IMG/VR virus record: IMGVR_UViG_3300027653_000019
Span: 1-46,572 of that record
Length of the DNA: 46,572 nt
Reading direction: 5' to 3' (one strand)
Source: a virus
Lineage: Duplodnaviria > Caudoviricetes
The position numbers were made by a program, and so were the translations under genes. Position 1 is the stretch's first letter, and each line of letters opens with the position of its first letter. This document shows positions 41,908-46,572 of the stretch, piece by piece. The notes under the pieces were generated by a model that was not told the origin of the DNA, ran no database searches, and saw only the letters and a program-made list of their open reading frames with translations.

Positions 41908-42600
41908 TTAGGCGGGCATCGGCTGCGGGTCCGCGGACACCGGAGGCGGCGCCAACGCCGTATCAATCAACAGCAGGTGGTCACCCGGGTCCACCGGGCT
42001 GGGCAGCACGGCGGCCGCGTTGGAATCGTCCATGACGACCTCGAACGGCCCGGCCCCCCACGCGTTACCGCCCATCGTGTACGCACCATTGAGGGTGAAC
42101 GTCACCGCGTTCTCCCCATCAATCGTGAGGTCCCCCAGCGTCCCGCCACGCACGAACGGCAACAGCAGGTAACCGGACGCCTCCTCAGCGCCGGGCGCGC
42201 ACGCCTCACCCGACAGGCCCGTCCACAGTTCCAGGGCAAAGTTCTTCTCAATCGCGCCCTCCGGCACGGTGAACCCGGCCGCGTCCTGCGCATAGTCCAG
42301 GTACACCTCGGCGTTAGTGACCATCGACAGCAGGGACGCGTTGACCCCACAGAACTCGACGGTGAGGTTGAACCGCTTGAACGAGTTAGCGAGCCGTTCA
42401 TTCACGCAAATATGACCTTGCGCGTTACGGACCAGGATCTCGGTGCCGTCCTCAACCTGCGCGGACAGGGACACGTTGACGAATCCGTCGGTCGCGATGA
42501 ACGCGTCCTCGTCACTGCCCTCGGGCGGGTTACCGCAGTCGTCTAGGCGCGTGACGCGCAGCCGCTTCCCCAGGACCGGGATAAAAGCGTGGGTTGCCAT
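41908..42600 (-). CDS. Major tail (tube) protein
   Basis: GKRLRVTRLDDCG, NFALELW, GNAWGAGPF. Confidence 0.88.
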   Translation of the reverse strand: MATHAFIPVLGKRLRVTRLDDCGNPPEGSDEDAFIATDGFVNVSLSAQVEDGTEILVRNAQGHICVNERLANSFKRFNLTVEFCGVNASLLSMVTNAEVYLDYAQDAAGFTVPEGAIEKNFALELWTGLSGEACAPGAEEASGYLLLPFVRGGTLGDLTIDGENAVTFTLNGAYTMGGNAWGAGPFEVVMDDSNAAAVLPSPVDPGDHLLLIDTALAPPPVSADPQPMPA

Positions 42601-42603
42601 CGT

Positions 42604-42711
42604 TTACTCCTCGTCGTTCTCGGTGGGGCGGCGGCGCCGCTTCCGTTTCGGCTTCTCGGCGGTCTTACGTTTGGGCGGGTACACGCTCAGCCCATCGTTC
42701 GGAATCCTCAC
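42604..42711 (-). CDS. 35-aa basic micro-protein
   Basis: GGAGG SD, GTGA overlap; MRIPNDGLSVYPPKRKTAEKPKRKRRRRPTENDEE. Confidence 0.6.
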   Translation of the reverse strand: MRIPNDGLSVYPPKRKTAEKPKRKRRRRPTENDEE

Positions 42712-43832
42712 GCCCCCTCCTCAGTGGAGACCACCGGGGCGGCCGGGTCAGTGTTGTCGACCGTGATCCCGGCACCGGCCTCAATCGACTGAACCACGCC
42801 AGGCTCACCGGGCGGGCCCTGCTCACCCCGCTCGCCGGGTGCCCCGTCCTGCCCGTCAGCGCCGGGCGGCCCCTGCGGACCCTCGGGACCCTCCAGGCTG
42901 GCGAGCCATTCCTGCTCGGTGCCCTCGAAGCCGTTATCGACCGCGACCTCATAGGCACTCTTACCCGCTGGTCCCACGCCCCCTCCATTCCCGGTTACGG
43001 TGATTCGCAAGACCGGCGGGGACTCGGGGTTGAGCATGGCCGTGTCCAACGCGATCAGATACGACCGCTCCGCGATCCCGTACATGTCATTCGTGGCCCG
43101 GTCGAACAGGTCCCCACCCCCGGTCGAGGGCGCGAACAGTTCCGTGCGGTACGCGACAAGCCCACCGGTGACGATGAGGACGTGCCCGTCGGCCGCCTGC
43201 TCATACCCGGCGCCCGCGACCACCGGCGTACCCAGGCCCGTGCGCAACCTGCCCCCGGTAGCCTCCACCCCGCCGTCAAGGACCGCGAGGGTCGCGGTCG
43301 ACCGGGGGGCGTGAATAACACCCTGGGCGCCATAGGACTCGGCCAGCCACCGTTCCGCGGTAACAACCGCCTCACGGATCGTGGCCACCGTCACCTCGGC
43401 GGGGGCCGGGAACCCGTTGACACCGGAAAAGTTGGGATGCTGCCCCGCCTCCCCCGACCACAGGACCCGTTCAACCGCCGCCTCTTCCCCGGCCGCTAAC
43501 CGTCCCCCCGCGACCTCCCGGGCCTCGGCGACCCCGAACGCCCCCGCGGACGCGACATGCCCGGCCATGATCGTAAACGCCGAGGCGAACCCGGCCCCAC
43601 AGTCAGGCCGGTGAAACACCTTAGGCAGCCCCGAGTATTCGTGCTCCTCACACTGCCACGCGCCCATGGCCGCCAAACCGGCGTTGGCGTCCTGCGTCCA
43701 CGTGACCCCGCCACCCTCCCACCTGTCCCCGGTGCGCCAGGTGAGCACGGAGAACAGGCCGTACTGGAACGGTTGACGGGCGGGTGCCTGCACGACGGCG
43801 GGCGGTAGGACGTGAGTGGTAGTAACCGTCAC
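42708..43832 (-). CDS. Second capsid (pentamer-type) protein with a collagen-like C-terminal extension
   Basis: P...YGLFSV..., RWEGG.T; C-terminal GKSAYEVAVDNGFEGTEQEWLASL plus G-X-Y repeats. Confidence 0.75.
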   Translation of the reverse strand: MTVTTTHVLPPAVVQAPARQPFQYGLFSVLTWRTGDRWEGGGVTWTQDANAGLAAMGAWQCEEHEYSGLPKVFHRPDCGAGFASAFTIMAGHVASAGAFGVAEAREVAGGRLAAGEEAAVERVLWSGEAGQHPNFSGVNGFPAPAEVTVATIREAVVTAERWLAESYGAQGVIHAPRSTATLAVLDGGVEATGGRLRTGLGTPVVAGAGYEQAADGHVLIVTGGLVAYRTELFAPSTGGGDLFDRATNDMYGIAERSYLIALDTAMLNPESPPVLRITVTGNGGGVGPAGKSAYEVAVDNGFEGTEQEWLASLEGPEGPQGPPGADGQDGAPGERGEQGPPGEPGVVQSIEAGAGITVDNTDPAAPVVSTEEGA

Positions 43833-43854
43833 GGCTCCTCCTTCCTCGACGGTG

Positions 43855-43889
43855 CGGGGACGGGACTAGTGAACGGTCCCGCCCCCGCC
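43855..43889 (-). terminator. Hairpin after the major capsid gene
   Basis: gcggggacgggac/gtcccgcccccgc. Confidence 0.6.
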
Positions 43890-43895
43890 CCCATC

Positions 43896-45749
43896 TCAGT
43901 CCGTCGTCGGGTCCGTGACGGCGGTGCCGTCATGGTTGATGAGCACCCCGGCGTGCGTCGCGCCGGTCGTGTCGAGCGGCACCGTAACCCGCCGGGACTC
44001 CGGTCCCATGCGCGCCACGAGCCACGACTCCTCCGTAAACAGGGCCGTGTAGTCGTTGGTGCCCAGGTTCACGCTGTCGTAGATCGTGTCGAGCGTGATC
44101 ACGTCCCCACCACCGGCAACCCACGCACCGGCCGGGTAAAGCAGGAACTCCACCTCGGTCGGCCACGCGGTGAAGTCGGCGGCGTCCCCGGTGATGTCCT
44201 GCCAGTTGTAGATGAACTGCGGGGCCACGCCACGCTCCGCGAACCACGCGTTGATCCGGCTGTTCGGGACACTGATCATGTCCACGCCCAGGCGCCGGGC
44301 GAGGTCCGCGCGGATCGCGCCGTGCGTCCACAGCGGGAACACGGCCTCCAGGGTCGTGCTCCGGCTGATCCGGTGCACGTAACGGTAGTGCTCGACCTGG
44401 AGTTCGACCGCCGTCAGGAGCGGGGCCGTCGCGCCGACCTGCCCGGACGGCATGGTCAGGGCCTCCGACCCGGCAGCAACAGCGTTGACCCGGCGGGCGG
44501 CCATCTTGTGGTCGTGCGCCACAAGCGCCCCGCGGATCGTGCGCGCAATAACCTCAGGGTAGCCGCGTGCCTGCAACAGTCCGGCGGTGATGCACAGCCC
44601 GGCAATGTTGAGGCGGGCCTCCTCGAACGGCGGGCAGTCGACGTGGTAGCACGGCTTGCTGCCCTCGCTGCCGTTACCCTCACCGGTGGCGTCGGTGCCG
44701 TAGGTGCCGTCGATGTCGTGCTGCTCGGTGTACGAGAACCCGGTGTTGTCGTAGATGTCGCGGAACGACGGCCCCCGCGTGAACTGGAACCCTCCCCGGT
44801 TCACCCCGACCTCCGGAAGGGAGTACAGGCCGTCACGCGACTCCAGTTCGAGGAGGTTGTCGTACAGCACCTCGGATGGGGCGCACCAACCGCCGGACGC
44901 GACAAGCGCCCCCTGCGGGGTGTTGCGCTCATCCGTCACCCGCGCCAGCACCTCGGCCACATGCTCCGGGTCGCTGTTCTTGATGACCTGATCATCATTG
45001 AACGGCTTACGGATGGTGACGAGGGAATGCTGCTCGCGTAGGGCCCGACCGGATCGGCGTGCCGTCTCATACGTTTGGGTGTTGAAGCCCATGAGGCGGC
45101 GGTCGAGGGCGCGGGCGGCGTCCATGAAGTCAATACCCTGCCCGTCACGCAGGCCCGGGGCGTCGTTGGCGAACATCACCGACCGTACCCCGGTGGCGCC
45201 CGGCTCCTCCCGCGGCTCGTGGCGCCGTCCCCGGCCGGACAGGTTGACGCGGACGGGGCCGCGGCGCGCGGAGGCTGCAACCGCCTCCGGTTCCTCCACG
45301 GCCTCCCCCTCAACGGCCTCCTCGGCGGGGTCCTCGGCTGCCGCCTCGGGGGTCTCGGTGGCCTCACCCTCATCAGGGTCCTCGGCGTCCCCCTCGGCCG
45401 CCGGTGCCTCGGCCTCGTCCTCACCGCGAACGCGGGTAGCCAGTTCCGCGGCCTTCTCGGCGCGGGCGGCGGCCTGCTCCTCCCGCACGGCGACCTCGGC
45501 GTTCAGTACCTCGATGCCCTCGGTGAGCGCTTCAAGGGTGGTGACATCCTCGTCGGACAGGTTCGACCCGTCACCGTAGAGGCTGTCGAAGTGGTCGACG
45601 GCCTGGGCGTGGAGGGCGGCGAGGTCGTCGTCGCTGAGGGTGGATAGGTCTTCGGGCACCTCAAACGAGGTGGTGTCGTCTTCTAGCTGTTCGCTTTGAT
45701 CCTCGTACTGGGTTGCGAGGCGTGCGATGCGGCCGATGGCGCGTGCCAT
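43896..45749 (-). CDS. Major capsid (hexamer-type) protein with an acidic coiled-coil scaffold-like N-terminus
   Basis: GGAGG SD; ASGGWCAPSEVLYD, KPCYHVDCP, NDYTALFTEE. Confidence 0.9.
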   Translation of the reverse strand: MARAIGRIARLATQYEDQSEQLEDDTTSFEVPEDLSTLSDDDLAALHAQAVDHFDSLYGDGSNLSDEDVTTLEALTEGIEVLNAEVAVREEQAAARAEKAAELATRVRGEDEAEAPAAEGDAEDPDEGEATETPEAAAEDPAEEAVEGEAVEEPEAVAASARRGPVRVNLSGRGRRHEPREEPGATGVRSVMFANDAPGLRDGQGIDFMDAARALDRRLMGFNTQTYETARRSGRALREQHSLVTIRKPFNDDQVIKNSDPEHVAEVLARVTDERNTPQGALVASGGWCAPSEVLYDNLLELESRDGLYSLPEVGVNRGGFQFTRGPSFRDIYDNTGFSYTEQHDIDGTYGTDATGEGNGSEGSKPCYHVDCPPFEEARLNIAGLCITAGLLQARGYPEVIARTIRGALVAHDHKMAARRVNAVAAGSEALTMPSGQVGATAPLLTAVELQVEHYRYVHRISRSTTLEAVFPLWTHGAIRADLARRLGVDMISVPNSRINAWFAERGVAPQFIYNWQDITGDAADFTAWPTEVEFLLYPAGAWVAGGGDVITLDTIYDSVNLGTNDYTALFTEESWLVARMGPESRRVTVPLDTTGATHAGVLINHDGTAVTDPTTD

Positions 45750-45876
45750 GGTGTCCTCCGTGGTGACAGTTGGTGCGGTTGTCACCGAGGCCCTGCATGC
45801 CATGCCGGTCCCGAGGCCCTATACGCCATCCGGGTACTGCTAATGGTGAGGGTAGCACGTCGTGGTGGAGACGCGG

Positions 45877-46572
45877 CTAGGGATAGGCTACGCCAGGCCA
45901 GTCAGCCTCATCAGGGAACGGGTCGGAAGTGTGGTAGCAGCCCCCCGGCGTCCACCTGAAATCGTTGTCATCTGCCGGCGTTTTTAGCACGTGCAAGTCA
46001 TTCGCTCGTGCTCTCACCGCCGCACTCTTGACCTCTCCGGACAAGATGTTCATAGTCATCCCGACCTGCTGCACACCCGTCCCCCTAAATCCGACAGGCA
46101 TGGACCAGAACGCCCCCTGGTTGCCGAAAGTGACGCCGAAGATTGACGGGTCTCCCAAGAACACGGTGTCTCCTACTCGGCGCACCATGAGCGCCCCGCC
46201 GTGCACACGCTCGTTCAGTTCGGCGGTAATGTCTCGCCACCCGGTGTCGAGGATCGAGCCGGGAGGTCCCTGTTCGCCGGGGTCGCCCTTGTCACCCTTG
46301 TCACCCTTGTCACCCTTCGGGCCGGGCACCGTAGAGTCCGCACCCGCCGGACCTTGTGGCCCTTCCGGGCCTTGCGGCCCTTCCGGCCCTTCCGGGCCAG
46401 TGTCGCCGGGGTCACCCTTCTCGCCATTGTCGCCCCGGAACCCGCGCGGCCCCTGCTCACCCTGATACCCGCGCGGCCCCCGCTCCCCGATGTCGCCCTT
46501 GTCGCCCTTGTCGCCCTTCTCCCCAGTGTCGCCCTTCGGCCCCCTCAGATTCTCGATGGGATACCACTCGAA
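45877..46572 (-). CDS. Collagen-like fibre protein, C-terminal part (5' end outside the window)
   Basis: Frame open to the window end; GDK/GPQ/GPE repeats, then a DTGWRDI...RRVGDTV fibre-tip domain. Confidence 0.8.
   Translation of the reverse strand, partial: FEWYPIENLRGPKGDTGEKGDKGDKGDIGERGPRGYQGEQGPRGFRGDNGEKGDPGDTGPEGPEGPQGPEGPQGPAGADSTVPGPKGDKGDKGDKGDPGEQGPPGSILDTGWRDITAELNERVHGGALMVRRVGDTVFLGDPSIFGVTFGNQGAFWSMPVGFRGTGVQQVGMTMNILSGEVKSAAVRARANDLHVLKTPADDNDFRWTPGGCYHTSDPFPDEADWPGVAYP

Noticed and set aside
1-46572. Assigning a temperate lifestyle from the Cro-like HTH and lambda-like initiator
   Set aside because: No integrase, ParA or clear CI-type repressor is visible and the genome is incomplete, so lifestyle cannot be called

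Overview
Most of the genome of a high-GC tailed phage (siphovirus) of an actinobacterial host; the SSB looks Micrococcales-like. Nearly all genes are on the minus strand. Reading in transcription order from the right end: collagen-like fibre (partial), two capsid proteins (hexamer/pentamer type, as in cluster-B-like actinophages), tail tube, adaptor, terminator, frameshifted tail chaperones, tape measure, minor tail proteins, and holin/membrane genes. A plus-strand island carries two wHTH replication genes with an internal iteron origin. An early region of many small genes follows (ERF recombinase, RusA, HNH, SSB, DUF932, an LPXTG protein), about 15 of them headed by a repeated promoter+RBS cassette. 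Then come an isolated three-domain endolysin and the terminase. Directly after terminase sits a candidate DNA base-modification cluster: ParB-N x2, ABC-ATPase/Mom-like GNAT, formyltransferase, TGT-fold protein, VUT/YhhQ-like transporter and GuaD-like deaminase. Next is an array of accessory genes built from variable modules joined by shared DNA linkers, then a DUF1360-like gene and the 5' part of the portal. No integrase, DNA polymerase, full tRNA or CRISPR array is visible. All functional calls come from motif recognition by eye, without database searches.
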